Assembly (NCBI GenBank): GCA_963796195.1
Contig: CAWCKS010000005.1
Coordinates: forward strand, 99,191-163,190
DNA length: 64,000 nucleotides
Direction of reading: 5' to 3'
Source of the DNA: an uncultured Alphaproteobacteria bacterium
GTDB taxonomy: Bacteria > Pseudomonadota > Alphaproteobacteria > Rhizobiales > Xanthobacteraceae
The notes below the pieces were generated by a model that saw only the letters and a program-made list of their open reading frames with translations, had not been told where the DNA came from and searched no databases. Of the stretch, positions 52,384 to 63,165 are shown piece after piece (position 1 is the stretch's first letter; each line of letters begins with the position of its first letter). The position numbers and the translations under genes are program-made.

Positions 52384-53163
52384 ATGCCGCGCTTTGCCGC
52401 CAATCTGAACTGGATGTTCCCCGAATGGCCGCTGGCCGAGCGCTTTGCTGCTGCGGCCGACGCCGGCTTCACCGCGATCGAAATCCTGGTGCCCTACGAG
52501 CTGCCCGCTGACGTCATCGCCCGCGAGCTCGCGCGCCACAAGCTGACGGCGGTGCTGTTCAACACGCCAACAGGCAACCGCGACGCCGGCGATCGCGGCC
52601 TTGCCGCACTCCCGGATCGCTTTGACGAATTCAAGGCGTGTATCGAGCTCGCACTGAGCTACGCGAAAGCTTGTAACGTGAAGCTTCTGCACGTTGTCGC
52701 CGGCATCGGCGAGCGCAGCGACCCGCGTGCCGTCGCTGCCTACCGCAAGTCCGTGAGTTGGGCAGCAGAGCGCCTGGCAGGCGACGGCATCGACGTCATG
52801 CTGGAGCCGATCAACCGGCGCGACATTCCCGGCTTCTTCCTCAACGATTTCGGCTTCGCCGCGGACCTGATCAACGAGCTCAAGCTGCCCAAAGTAAAAC
52901 TGCAGTTCGACATCTATCACCGGCAGATCCTGCACGGCGATATCATCGAGGGCCTGCACCAGCTGTTGCCGATCACCGGCCATATTCAGATCGCCGGCGT
53001 GCCCGGCCGCTACGAGCCGGACGACCAGTGCGAACAGAACTATCCGTTCCTGTTCGCCGAGCTCGATCGGCTCGGCTATGCCGGTTACGTCAGCGGCGAG
53101 TACCGGCCTCGGACAACGACGGTCGCGGGGCTTGGCTGGTTCAAGCCGTATGCGGGAAAGTGA
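52384..53163 (+). CDS. hyi: Hydroxypyruvate isomerase family (TIM-barrel sugar-phosphate isomerase/epimerase)
   Basis: MPRFAANLNWMFPE... canonical Hyi/OtnI N-terminus. AP_endonuc_2 fold. Confidence 0.8.
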   Translation: MPRFAANLNWMFPEWPLAERFAAAADAGFTAIEILVPYELPADVIARELARHKLTAVLFNTPTGNRDAGDRGLAALPDRFDEFKACIELALSYAKACNVKLLHVVAGIGERSDPRAVAAYRKSVSWAAERLAGDGIDVMLEPINRRDIPGFFLNDFGFAADLINELKLPKVKLQFDIYHRQILHGDIIEGLHQLLPITGHIQIAGVPGRYEPDDQCEQNYPFLFAELDRLGYAGYVSGEYRPRTTTVAGLGWFKPYAGK

Positions 53164-53256
53164 ATTCGTAGGGTGGGTTAGCGAAGCGTAACCCACCTGC
53201 GATGGTGCTTATTGCGATGGGTTTCGCCAAGAGCTCAACCCATCCTACAGATTGAG

Positions 53257-54279
53257 CTATCCGAACCGTTCCCTCGCCAGCCTAGCGCCCGCGCCGAGCG
53301 CGGCAAGCTTGGCTTCCGCAATGTCGCGCCGCATCGGCGCCATGCCGCAGTTGGTCGTCGGCATGATGTTCTCTTTCGGTGCGAACTTCATGACGTCGGC
53401 GATCACCTTGGCGACGTCTTCCGCCGTCTCGACCTGATCGGTCGCGACGTCGATCACGCCGGCCTGCACCACCTTGCCCTCGAGCAGCGCGATCAGTTCC
53501 AGCGGCACCTTTGAATTGCGGCACTCGATCGCGACCTGCTGGATCGCGCTCTTCGCGATCACTGGAAATGTCAGCTCGTACTGCCGCCACTCGCCGCCGA
53601 GCGTCTGTTTCCAGTCGGTGTTGGCCTTGATGCCGTAGCCGTAGCAGATGTGGACCGCGGTGGCGCAGGTCAGCCCCTGGGCGGCGCGCTCCAGCGCGGC
53701 CATGCCCCAGTCGCGCACCTGGTCCATGTAGACGTTGAAGGCCGGTTCGTCGAACTGGATCATGTCGACGCCGTCAGCTTGCAGCGCGCGGACTTCCTCG
53801 TTGAGCAGCTCGGCGAACGCAAAGGCCATCTTGACGCGGTCGCCGTAGTGGCGGTCGGCGATGGTATCGACGATGGTCATCGGGCCGGGCAGGGTGAATT
53901 TCAGCTTGCGTGTGGTGTGCGCGCGCGCCGCCCGTGCTTCGTCGGCATGCACCCGGCCGCGCAGGCGCAAGGGAGCCACCACCTGCGGCACCATCGCCTT
54001 ATAGCGATCGTTGCGGATGCCCATCTCGACCTTGTGGGCGAAATCGATGCCCTCAATGCGTTCGAGGAAGCCGTGGACGAAATGCTGCCGCGCCTGCTCG
54101 CCCTCGGTGACGATGTCGATGCCGGCGTCCTCCTGAAGTTTGACCGCGAGCACCGTGGCGTCGCGCTTTGCCGCGGCAAGGGCAGCGCCCTCGAGCTTCC
54201 ACGGCGCCCACAGCATGTTGGGCTCGGCGAGCCACTCCGGCTTCGGCAATGAACCTGCGATCGTGGTCGGAAACAGCAT
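53257..54279 (-). CDS. metE: Short cobalamin-independent methionine synthase (MetE C-terminal catalytic domain family)
   Basis: 340 aa. MLFPTTIAGSLPKPEWL...IQFDEP...HICYGY (Zn-binding His/Cys). Confidence 0.7.
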   Translation of the reverse strand: MLFPTTIAGSLPKPEWLAEPNMLWAPWKLEGAALAAAKRDATVLAVKLQEDAGIDIVTEGEQARQHFVHGFLERIEGIDFAHKVEMGIRNDRYKAMVPQVVAPLRLRGRVHADEARAARAHTTRKLKFTLPGPMTIVDTIADRHYGDRVKMAFAFAELLNEEVRALQADGVDMIQFDEPAFNVYMDQVRDWGMAALERAAQGLTCATAVHICYGYGIKANTDWKQTLGGEWRQYELTFPVIAKSAIQQVAIECRNSKVPLELIALLEGKVVQAGVIDVATDQVETAEDVAKVIADVMKFAPKENIMPTTNCGMAPMRRDIAEAKLAALGAGARLARERFG

Positions 54280-54429
54280 TTTGTGATCCCCGCGGTCTTC
54301 CCTTCGTGTATCCCCTAGCCCTGCACCTGTCATGCGGCGGTTGCGAACGGCGACTGCGCGGCAGGGCTGGCACGGCCCGACCGCGCCGACTAGGATGCGG
54401 CGCGCTTTGCCCCAAGGAAACCAAGAAAA

Positions 54430-55044
54430 ATGATTGAATTCTTCTTCGACTGCTCCAGCCCCTGGACCTATCTCGCCTTCCACAACATCCAGCCGATCGC
54501 CCAAAAGTATAATGTGCCGATCACCTGGCGGCCGGTGCTGGTCGGCGGCATTTTCAACGCGGTCAACCCGAGCGTCTACAGCAACCGCAATGCACCGGTG
54601 CCGGCCAAGCAGCGCCAGAGCGCCAAGGATTTGCAGGACTGGGCGCGTTCGGCCGGCCTGAAGATCAAGATGCCGCCGACGGTGTTTCCTGTGAACGCAG
54701 TGAAATCGATGCGCGGCTGCATCGTCGCCGATCGCGAAGGCAAGCTCGTGCCGTTCGCGACTGCCTGCTTCGAGGCCTATTGGGGCGATGATGCCGACAT
54801 CTCCAAGGACGACGTGCTGACGAAGGTTTGCCAGAGCGTGCGGATGGACCCGGAAAAATTCTTCGCCGGGATCGGCGAGCAGCCTGTGAAGGACCAGCTC
54901 AAGGCCAACACCGACGAGGTGATTGCGCGCGGCGGCTACGGCTCGCCGACCATGTTCGTCGACAAGACCGACATGTATTTCGGCAACGATCGGCTGCCGC
55001 TGCTGCGCGAAGCGGTCGAGCGCAAGCTCGGACTGCGGGCGTGA
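54430..55044 (+). CDS. 2-hydroxychromene-2-carboxylate isomerase family (DsbA-like thioredoxin fold)
   Basis: MIEFFFDCSSPWTYLA...GGYGSPTMFV. Confidence 0.75.
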   Translation: MIEFFFDCSSPWTYLAFHNIQPIAQKYNVPITWRPVLVGGIFNAVNPSVYSNRNAPVPAKQRQSAKDLQDWARSAGLKIKMPPTVFPVNAVKSMRGCIVADREGKLVPFATACFEAYWGDDADISKDDVLTKVCQSVRMDPEKFFAGIGEQPVKDQLKANTDEVIARGGYGSPTMFVDKTDMYFGNDRLPLLREAVERKLGLRA

Positions 55045-55055
55045 CGAGGCCTTGA

Positions 55056-56027
55056 ATGCCGCGAGCGATGATCTGCCGCGAACTCGGCGCGCCCGAGGTG
55101 CTGCGGCTCGAGAGTTTTGAGTCAAAGCCGCTCGCGGCCGGGCAGGTGCGCGTCGCCGTGCGCGCGGCCGGGCTGAACTATCCCGACGTGCTGATGGTCG
55201 CGGGCGACTATCAGCACAAGCCGCCGCTGCCGTTCATTCCGGGGATGGAAGCGGCCGGGGACGTTGTCGAGGTCGGTGGCAATGTTACAAATGTCCGCGT
55301 CGGCGACCGTGTTATCGTCAAGAGCAGGGGCGTGCTGACCGAGGAGATCGTCGTTACGCCCTCGATGCTGGCGCCGATGCCGAAGAATTTTGACTACGCG
55401 CAGGGCGCCACGTTTCTTGCCGCCCATGGCACCGCCTATTACGGCCTCGTCGACCGCGCGCAAATCAAGCCGGGCGAAACGCTCCTGGTGCACGGCGCCG
55501 CCGGCGGCGTCGGCCTTGCCGCCGTCGAACTCGGCAAGGTTTATGGTGCAACCGTCATCGCCGTCGCCTCAACGCAAGAAAAACTCGCGATCGCGCGCCA
55601 GCGCGGCGCCGATCACACGCTGCTGGCTGGCCAGCCGTTCCGCGACAAGGTCAAGGAGCTGACCGGCGGCAAGGGAGCCGACGTGGTGTTCGATCCGGTC
55701 GGCGGCGCGGTGTTCGAGGAGAGCGTCCGCTGCATCAACTGGGGCGCGCGGCTGATCATCGTCGGCTTCCTTGCCGGCGTCGGCGTGGCGCGCACCAACC
55801 TCGTGCTGATCAAGAACGCCACCGTGCACGGCATCCGCGCCGGAGAGGCCGTACGACACGACCCGTCGCTTGGCCCGCCGCGCCAGCGCGACCTGATGGC
55901 GTTTGCCGAAGCCGGAAAAATCTCACCGAACATCTCGCACCGCCTGCCGCTGGAGCGCACCGCCGAGGCGATGCGGCTCCTGATCGACCGCAAGGCGATC
56001 GGGCGGGTCGCGGTGGTGATGGGGTGA
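55056..56027 (+). CDS. NADPH:quinone oxidoreductase (MDR/zinc-binding dehydrogenase family)
   Basis: ALNYPDVLMVAGDYQ...LVHGAAGGVGLAAVELGK. Confidence 0.8.
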   Translation: MPRAMICRELGAPEVLRLESFESKPLAAGQVRVAVRAAGLNYPDVLMVAGDYQHKPPLPFIPGMEAAGDVVEVGGNVTNVRVGDRVIVKSRGVLTEEIVVTPSMLAPMPKNFDYAQGATFLAAHGTAYYGLVDRAQIKPGETLLVHGAAGGVGLAAVELGKVYGATVIAVASTQEKLAIARQRGADHTLLAGQPFRDKVKELTGGKGADVVFDPVGGAVFEESVRCINWGARLIIVGFLAGVGVARTNLVLIKNATVHGIRAGEAVRHDPSLGPPRQRDLMAFAEAGKISPNISHRLPLERTAEAMRLLIDRKAIGRVAVVMG

Positions 56028-56052
56028 CAACACCCAGCGACGTCATGCCCCG

Positions 56053-56153
56053 CTTCAAGCGGGGCATCCAGTACGCCGTGAAGTTGCTGCTTGAGCCAAG
56101 ACGCCGCTGGTTACTGGATCATCCGCTTTCGCGGATGACGACCGCTGGGGAAA
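56053..56153. repeat. REP-like hairpins (gtcatgccccgcttcaagcggggcatc and ggatcatccgctttcgcggatgacgac)
   Basis: Two GC-rich perfect stems in the convergent intergenic region. Confidence 0.5.
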
Positions 56154-56155
56154 GG

Positions 56156-57047
56156 TTACTCGTACTTCCGCTCCTTCCACCACGGGAAATACGACGGCAT
56201 GTCCTTCGACACCGTGTTGGTGAATTTCGGCGGGCGCTTTTCCAGGAACGACACCACGCCTTCCTTCACGTCGGCCGAGGCGCCGCGTGAATAGATGCCG
56301 CGGCTGTCGATCTTGTGCGCTTCCATCGGATGATCGGCGCCGAGCATCTTCCACATCATCTGGCGGATCAGCGCGACCGACACCGGCGCAGTGTTCTCGA
56401 CGATCTCCTTCGCGATCGCGCGCGCGGTCGGCAGCAGCTGGTCGGGCGGCACCACCTTGTTGACGAGGCGGCCGGCGAGTGCCTCCTGCGCCGGAAACAC
56501 GCGGCCCGAATAGACCCACTCCAGCGCCTGGCCGATACCGACGATGCGCGGCAGGAACCAGCTCGACGCCGCCTCCGGCACGATGCCGCGGCGGGAGAAC
56601 ACGAAGCCGAACCGCGCCGCCTCGGACGCAATGCGGATGTCCATCGCAAGCTGCATGGTGACGCCGATGCCGACCGCCGGGCCGTTGACCGCGGCAATCA
56701 CGGGCTTCAGAGATTCGTAGATCCGCAGTGTGACGCGGCCGCCGCCGTCGCGCACCAGTTCATTGCTCCAGTCGACTTCGCCGTTCGGCTCTGGTCGGCG
56801 CGGTGCGGCCGCGCGCGGCGCGGTCAAACGTGTTGCCGCCCGACGACAGGTCGGCGCCGGCGCAGAACGCGCGGCCCGCGCCGGTCACGATGATGGCGCG
56901 GATGTTGTCGTCCTTGTCGGCACGGTCGAACGCGTCGATCAATTCGTCCTGCATGGTGCCGGTGAAGGCATTGAGCTTGTCCGGCCGGTTCATCGTAATG
57001 GTCAGGACCTGATCGGCGACCTCGTAAAGGATTTGCTCATAGGCCAT
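56156..57047 (-). pseudogene. Enoyl-CoA hydratase/isomerase family protein, frameshift near 56800
   Basis: N-terminus MAYEQILYEVADQVLTITMNRPDKLNAF...GAGRAFCAGADL (56760..57047). Remainder in ORF 56156..56827. Confidence 0.7.
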
Positions 57048-57205
57048 TTGGGGTTTTCTCCGGTTATTGTTTGAGAACTGGCGTGGCGCGATGCTGTCAT
57101 GGTGGCGGCTGGCCGTAAATCCGTGACAATGCCGGGGAATGGCCCCATGCCCGGCGCGATCTGCCTTCCAGCCACAGCCGTTCCGGTGCTACAACGCGCG
57201 GCCAC

Positions 57206-57295
57206 GCGGGCATGGCGAAACTGGTAGACGCAAGGGACTTAAAATCCCTCGGTTCGCAAGAGCTGTGCCGGTTCGAACTCCGGCTGCCCGCACCA
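57206..57295 (+). tRNA. tRNA-Leu (anticodon TAA), type II with long variable arm, CCA encoded
   Basis: Acceptor GCGGGCA/TGCCCGC. D-arm. Anticodon stem-loop AGGGA-CTTAAAA-TCCCT. T-arm GGTTCGAACTCC. Confidence 0.85.
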
Positions 57296-57515
57296 GCGGC
57301 TCCTGACGACCTGAAGCGACCATGGTGAGCCGTATTCCGGTGAGGCGGGCATCACATTCAAGCGCGCCGTCTCTCTCTTCTTTTGCAGCGGCATCTTGCG
57401 TGCGCGCCAATTCTCTCTAGAGTTGCAGTTCAATCCAACTGCTAGCCTTTGCCTGCCTGACGGCAGGGAGTTCTCACGTGTCGTCCGCGCCGGACGCGGC
57501 AGAAAGGAAGTTGCC

Positions 57516-58749
57516 ATGGCAAAGAAGAGTGCAGCACCGAGGAAGCACACCGTATTGTCGCAGGCCGATCTACGCGCCCATCACCAAAGCCTGCCAAAAT
57601 CTCGTCACGGCCACGTCTTTGCACCCGACAGGGTACCGCCTGCGTTTCACACCATTGTGGATCCGGACAAGCATCCTCCACAGCCCTGGCGCGATTTGCC
57701 GCCGGCGACCGGTTTGCCGCCGTACCGCATAAACCTTGATTCCATCATCGACGCCGACACGGTGAAGGCCATTGAGAAGAGCGGCCAGCTCGTCTTTCAC
57801 GCCGTCGGTGATACTGGCGGCGTGAACACGTCGACCTATATCGACGGCGTGACAAGGTTCATGGAGTGCGATTTTTGCCTACGCTCCGACGCCGCTGGAT
57901 CGACCGGCTTTCTTTTATCACCTCGGAGATGTGGTCTACTACGACGGCGAGAGCGCAAACTACTGGCCGGAATTCTACGAACCCTACACGCACTACCCGG
58001 CGCCGATCGTCGCAATTCCCGGCAATCACGACGGTGATGTCAATCCCACCACCGGTGAGACGAGCCTTGAGGCATTCGTGCGCAATTTCTGCGCTCAATC
58101 GGCGGTGATCAGTCCCGACAATCGCGACTCGCCGCGGCGGACCATGACGCAGCCTAACGTGTTCTGGACGCTAAATACGCCCCTGGTGAGCATCATCGGC
58201 ATGTACAGCAACTGCCCGGAGGGCGGACAGGTCAGCGACATCCAGAAGCATTGGTTCACTTCCGAGCTGACGGCCGCGGACAAGAGGCTTCCCATCATTC
58301 TCGCGATCCATCATCCGATTTACTCAGCTTACGGCTCGCACCCCGGGAGCACGCGGCTGAAGTCGCTGCTCGATGAATGCTGCGCGGCCGCAGACCGTGC
58401 CCCCGATGTCGTTCTGACCGGACACGTACATGACTACCAGCGCTTTTCGGCGCCACTCCATGACAAGAAGTCTGTACCGTTCATCGTTGCCGGTGCCGGC
58501 GGCTACAACAAGCGTCTGCACGTGCTCGGCAAGGTGTTTCAGCAGGCGAAGGCCAACGGAAAACTACCAGTACGGATCGGTGACGCGGCCGAACAACTCG
58601 AGGACTTCAACGACGCCGACCACGGCTATCTCAGGGTGACCGTGACGAAGAAGAAGATCAGGCTGGATTATGTTGCCGTGCCCGATCCGTCCGCCAATGC
58701 GCCGGAATCTTATCTGAAGCCATATGACTCGGTTGAGGTCGATATCTAG
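57516..58749 (+). pseudogene. Calcineurin-like metallophosphoesterase, frameshift(s) near 57880-57930
   Basis: Metallophos motifs GDTGG..., GNHD, HHP, GHVH are spread over ORFs 57396..58037 and 57931..58749. Confidence 0.65.
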
Positions 58750-59196
58750 CTTCGTCGTTTCCTGATTTGCTGGCGCTCGCTTCCAGCAGGGGCGTGAAAA
58801 CAGGCGCCTGCTCCGGCAGGCCCGCTTCGATTGCTCTGCTGCAACGCTCATCCCCTGTCGGGGGCGACGTCCCGCACATGGTTGTCGCTCTGTATGCAAC
58901 AGCTTCAATCGCGCTTGCCTTTTGCTCAGTTTCGCGATGAATGCGAAAGCTTGTCGCGGTACAATTGCTTGCAGATCAATACTGTACTTACATTTCTGTG
59001 AAGCAGGGCTCGTCTGCTCGAAGCGAGCTTGCTCAACCAACACGATTAGGCTTATTTGTCGCCCTTGGGGCTTGATCTTCTGCAAGTGACTGCTGAGTTG
59101 ACGCGATAGCGCCGCCGCTATTGCGCGCGAATCCTTTGTTTTCCAGTGGAAAAATCGACCGATGCAGGGCTTGCGTGAGCGCTTGGGGAGGCGCCA

Positions 59197-59865
59197 ATGC
59201 AATTTGAGAGTGCAAATCCGTCCATAGTACGATCAATACGACAGCGCGATCTGCTGCAGGCCTGGATCAGGCTGTTTGCGGCCAAGGGCGAGGCGCCGCG
59301 CTTTGACGACTACAATCCCGACCAGCTCAATGAGGAATTGCCCGAGCTGATGTACTACGACGTCGATCATCATGGATCATCGCCGCGTTTCAAGATCGCG
59401 CACGAAGGGGGGCGATTTCGCGATGTCTTCGGGGTGACGGGGATCGGCCAGTATCTCGATCAGCTTGAGGGCTTCGTCCTGACCGAAGCTACCCACAATA
59501 TCTATCGCGAAGCCTGCTTGCGGCGCTTGCCCGCGTATTCGATTGCGCTGGTCGAGGATCGCGACGGACGACCGGTGACCTGGGAGCGGCTGCTGCTGCC
59601 ATTCTGCGAGGGCGGTCAGGCGACCGTCTTGATGGCCTCGCTCAAACCGGTCAGCACGGAGGGCCGGTTCGAGAGCCGAGAGCCGCGGGCTGATGGCGAA
59701 CAACCAGACGGAGCGACGCTACCAAGTGTACGCCATTATCGATCAGGGGCTGGTCGCCGGCCGGACGATACGACGCCGCGGCCCGGACGAGGAGATTGTC
59801 TAGCGCTCCTACGGGGCCTTAAGCCGCTCGCACCGTCGCCAAAAATCGTTCCATCTCCTGCTTGA
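59197..59865 (+). CDS. Hypothetical protein (PAS-like fold?). The 3' end overlaps the convergent MCP, so the true end may be earlier
   Basis: ORF with a 450-bp lower-GC upstream region. No confident family. Confidence 0.35.
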   Translation: MQFESANPSIVRSIRQRDLLQAWIRLFAAKGEAPRFDDYNPDQLNEELPELMYYDVDHHGSSPRFKIAHEGGRFRDVFGVTGIGQYLDQLEGFVLTEATHNIYREACLRRLPAYSIALVEDRDGRPVTWERLLLPFCEGGQATVLMASLKPVSTEGRFESREPRADGEQPDGATLPSVRHYRSGAGRRPDDTTPRPGRGDCLALLRGLKPLAPSPKIVPSPA

Positions 59866-61526
59866 GACGCGTGCTTTCGCCTGCCAGCAGCTGCGCCGAC
59901 GACAGCACCTGTGATGACGCCGAGCCGGCGTCGGTCGCGCTGCGTTTGACCTCGGCGACATTGCCGGCAACGCTGTTGGTGCCGAGCGCCGCCTGCTGGA
60001 CGTTGCGCGCGATCTCCTGCGTTGCCGCGCCTTGCTCCTCGATGGCTGCGGCGATGGTCGCGGCGATCTCCGACACGCGCCCGATCGTGCCGCCGATTTG
60101 CTTGATGGCGACGACGGAGTCCCTGGTGGCGGTCTGGATCTCGGCGATCTGCGAGGCAATTTCGCCGGTTGCCTTTGCGGTCTGGCTGGCGAGCGCCTTG
60201 ACCTCCTGCGCAACCACCGCAAAGCCGCGGCCGGCTTCACCGGCGCGTGCCGCTTCGATGGTCGCGTTGAGCGCCAAAAGGTTGGTCTGCTCGGCGATCG
60301 TCGTGATCAGCTTGGTGACGTCGCCGATCCGATCGGCGGCCTCCGACAGGGTGGTGATTCGGCCATCCGTCTGACGTGCCTGATCGACCGCTTCAGAAGC
60401 AACGCGGCTGGATTCCTGCACCTGGCGGCTGATCTCGCTGACGGACGAGGCCATCTCTTCCGTGGCGGAGGCCACCGACTGCACATTGGAGGACGTCTCG
60501 GCCGAGGCCGCCGACACCTTGACGCTGAGTTCGCGCGTCGTCTCTGTATTTTTCGTCAGGCCCTGTGCTGCCGTTTCGAGATCGTTCGAGGCGCGCGACA
60601 CCGTCTCGATGATCTCGCCGACGGCTGCTTCGAACTTGTCGGCGAGCCGACGCAGTTCGTCCTGCTGTCGTTCGCTGAGCTCGCGGTTGCGCTGCTCGCG
60701 CTCGGCCGCTTCGCGCTCGGCCTTGGCGATTGCTTGCGCCTTGAACTCGTCGACCGCGCGCGCCATCTGGCCGACCTCGTCGGCGCGCTCGAGGCCCGGC
60801 AAGCGCACGTCGAACTTGCCGCCGGCGAGTTCGCGCATCGCAGATGCCATCGCCACCACCGGCCTGGAAATACTGCGCCCGATCCGGAACGAAATCCCGA
60901 AGCCGGCAAGCGCCACGGCGAGAATGATCATGCCGAGCATGCTGTTGCTGTTGCTCGAGGCGGACGCTGGAGCGCGCGATCTCGCGATTCCTGGCGTCAG
61001 TGCTTTGCACGCCAAGCTCGTCGGTCAGCTTGTCGATCTCGGCGAACGGGCGTTCCGCACCCTTGATGAACATCATCGCCGAGCCGGCATCGCCGTCGGC
61101 CATCTCGATCGCGTTCTTCGATTGCTTCAAGTAACTGGTCGCCGCCGCGTGCAGCTTCTGCAACGCCGGCGACTTCGCGGCCTCATCGCCCTGGAATTCC
61201 TCGACCGCCTTGACCGCTTCGAGGATTTTTGCCGATGCTGCGGAGGCTTCCCTGGCCATCGCGCCGATCTTGTTGCTGTCGGTTTCGTTGGCGGCCGTCG
61301 CGGCGAGGCGATAGAGCTTTGCGTGCGCGGCCCAGATCGTGCTGTTGAGGTCGGCGGCGAGCTCCGCCTGCCGCACCGGACCTGCCATCAACGCATCGAG
61401 CTTGAGCTGGTTGTCGCGTAGCGTCAGCAGCGCGTAGGCGCCGAGCGCCAGCAGGATCAGGATGATCAGGAACGGCGCAAGCTGGACCTTCCAGGAGAGT
61501 CCTGCTCGTTTAAGCCAGGCGAACAT
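59819..61526 (-). pseudogene. Methyl-accepting chemotaxis protein, frameshift near 60960
   Basis: N-terminal TM plus 4HB sensor (60393..61526). HAMP plus MCPsignal with [24 protein letters not shown] (59819..61015). Confidence 0.75.
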
Positions 61527-61571
61527 GTATGGCCCGATCGTGTTGGTTGACAGTCGCCGGCAGGACGACGT

Positions 61572-62036
61572 CTACAGCTTGTAGACGCCGCCGCATACCG
61601 CGGTCTGGTCGAGACGCTCGCAATACATCTCCTTCGGCTCGACCTTCTTGCTGACGGGATTGACGAACTTGTAGTCCTGCCAGAACGATGCTTGCTTCTG
61701 CGCCAGTTCGATCCGCTCCTTGACGTAGAGCTTGCCGTCGACGTCCTGCGCGTCGCTCATGTCCTTGCCGATGAACTTCTCGTTGGCGCCGTGTGCCAGC
61801 ACCTTGCCGTCGAGCTGGTAGACGACGATGTAAAGGTCGCGATCGCTGAACGGGCCGCCCTTTTTGGAAATTTCCGTATAGGCCTTGTCCGTTCCGTCGG
61901 CCTTGATGGCGGCAACAGCCTTCTTCACCATCGCAACCGCTTCATCCTTGGTGGCGCCATCGGCTGCCATTGCAACGCTGCCGATTGCGAACGCGGCGAC
62001 GAGCGCCGGGAGGTATTCCCAGGTCAGGGTCTTCAT
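61572..62036 (-). CDS. Periplasmic Cache-domain protein (sCache_2-like, no transducer module)
   Basis: Signal peptide. ...DLYIVVYQLDGKVLAHGANEKFIGKDMS...YKFVNP. Confidence 0.55.
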   Translation of the reverse strand: MKTLTWEYLPALVAAFAIGSVAMAADGATKDEAVAMVKKAVAAIKADGTDKAYTEISKKGGPFSDRDLYIVVYQLDGKVLAHGANEKFIGKDMSDAQDVDGKLYVKERIELAQKQASFWQDYKFVNPVSKKVEPKEMYCERLDQTAVCGGVYKL

Positions 62037-62221
62037 GCGATGTCTCCGAAAACGCGATGCGGGTCGCCAAACGCGAAGCCGACATCGCAAGAAAGCTGTC
62101 ACAAAAGAGCAAACTGTTGGTTAACGAGGAGTCAACGGAATACCGGCGGTGCCAAGATGGCGTGCAGGACGCGCGTTTTTGCAGCGGTGGCGCTGCCCAT
62201 GTTTTTGCCGGAAGATCATAA

Positions 62222-62611
62222 ATGACCGACGCCGCGCTGGCGCCGCCACACAAGACCAACGCACTGTTCAACACCGACAAGCTGAAGCTCGGCCTGTTCT
62301 CGCTGAACGCCGACGGCGGTAATATCACCATCACCAAAGTGCCGGAGTGCTGACGTGCCGATTGGTCCGACATTGTCGACGTCGCCAAAATGGTCGATCG
62401 CGCCGGCTTCGAGTTCATTCTGCCGATCGCGCGGTGGAAGGGCTACGGCGGTGCGATGGATGTCCGCACGCCGTGCTTCGAGACCTTCACGTTTGCCGCG
62501 GCGCTCGGCGCCATCACCGAAACCATCACGATCTTCTTGACCGTGCGTGTGCCGGTGGTGTTTCGCCGCGAAGGCCTGGTCACGGGCGGGCCGGCATGCC
62601 CTCGACTCTGA
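62222..62611 (+). pseudogene. Remnant (N-terminal ~110 aa, frameshifted and truncated) of an LLM-class flavin-dependent monooxygenase
   Basis: MTDAALAPPHKTNALFNTDKLKLGLFSLNADGGNITITKVPE then, in frame +2, ...VDRAGFEFILPIARWKGYGGAMDVRTPCFETFTFAAALGAITETI. The rest of the ~450-aa protein is absent. Confidence 0.6.
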
Positions 62612-62750
62612 TCGGGGGCGGTAACGGTTTTCCGGACAAACGACTTCGCTTGTCCGATAGGTCATGCGTAAACACGCATGATCCGGCCGCATTGCCGCCA
62701 TGGCTGAAGAATTTACTTCGCCGCAAGTTTGTTCTCGTAAAGCAGGGGCC

Positions 62751-63156
62751 ATGGTCAGGACGCGCCTACTCAATCCGGTACTCCGCGCGGCACTGGCGAT
62801 CAGCGCCATGCTCACGCTCGGTGGCTGCGCGGGCGCTGCCGTCAACGAGTTCGACTTTCTTCGTCGATCCCTCGCGCTACGATCTCTACGATTGCCGGCA
62901 GCTTGCCGACGTGCGCAAGCAGATGTTGGATCGCGTCGACGAACTCAAGCGATTGATGGCGAAGGCCGAGAGCGGCGCCGGCGGGTCGGTGGTGTCGGAG
63001 CTCGCCTATCGGCCCGATTACGCGTCGGCGCAAGCGAACCTGAAGCTCGCCAACCGAACCTGGGACGAGAACCATTGCGACAGCCAGATCGTCACAACCG
63101 GCCGCCGGCAGGGATCATCATCGCTGCCATCGACCGCGAGTGGTCGCGTGTACTGA
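62751..63156 (+). pseudogene. Hypothetical lipoprotein, frameshift near 62850
   Basis: Lipobox AISAMLTLGGCAGA. Continuation ...FFVDPSRYDLYDCRQLADVRKQMLDRVDELKRLMAKAE... in another frame. Confidence 0.35.
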
Positions 63157-63165
63157 AGCGCGCAC

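Noticed and set aside
54280-54430. Possible cobalamin or SAM riboswitch in the metE-like 5' leader (AGGTGC...GAAGGGAA motifs)
   Set aside because: Only ~60 nt lie between these motifs and the start codon. No B12 box (GCCACTG) and no SAM-II signature were found. Too short and incomplete to call.
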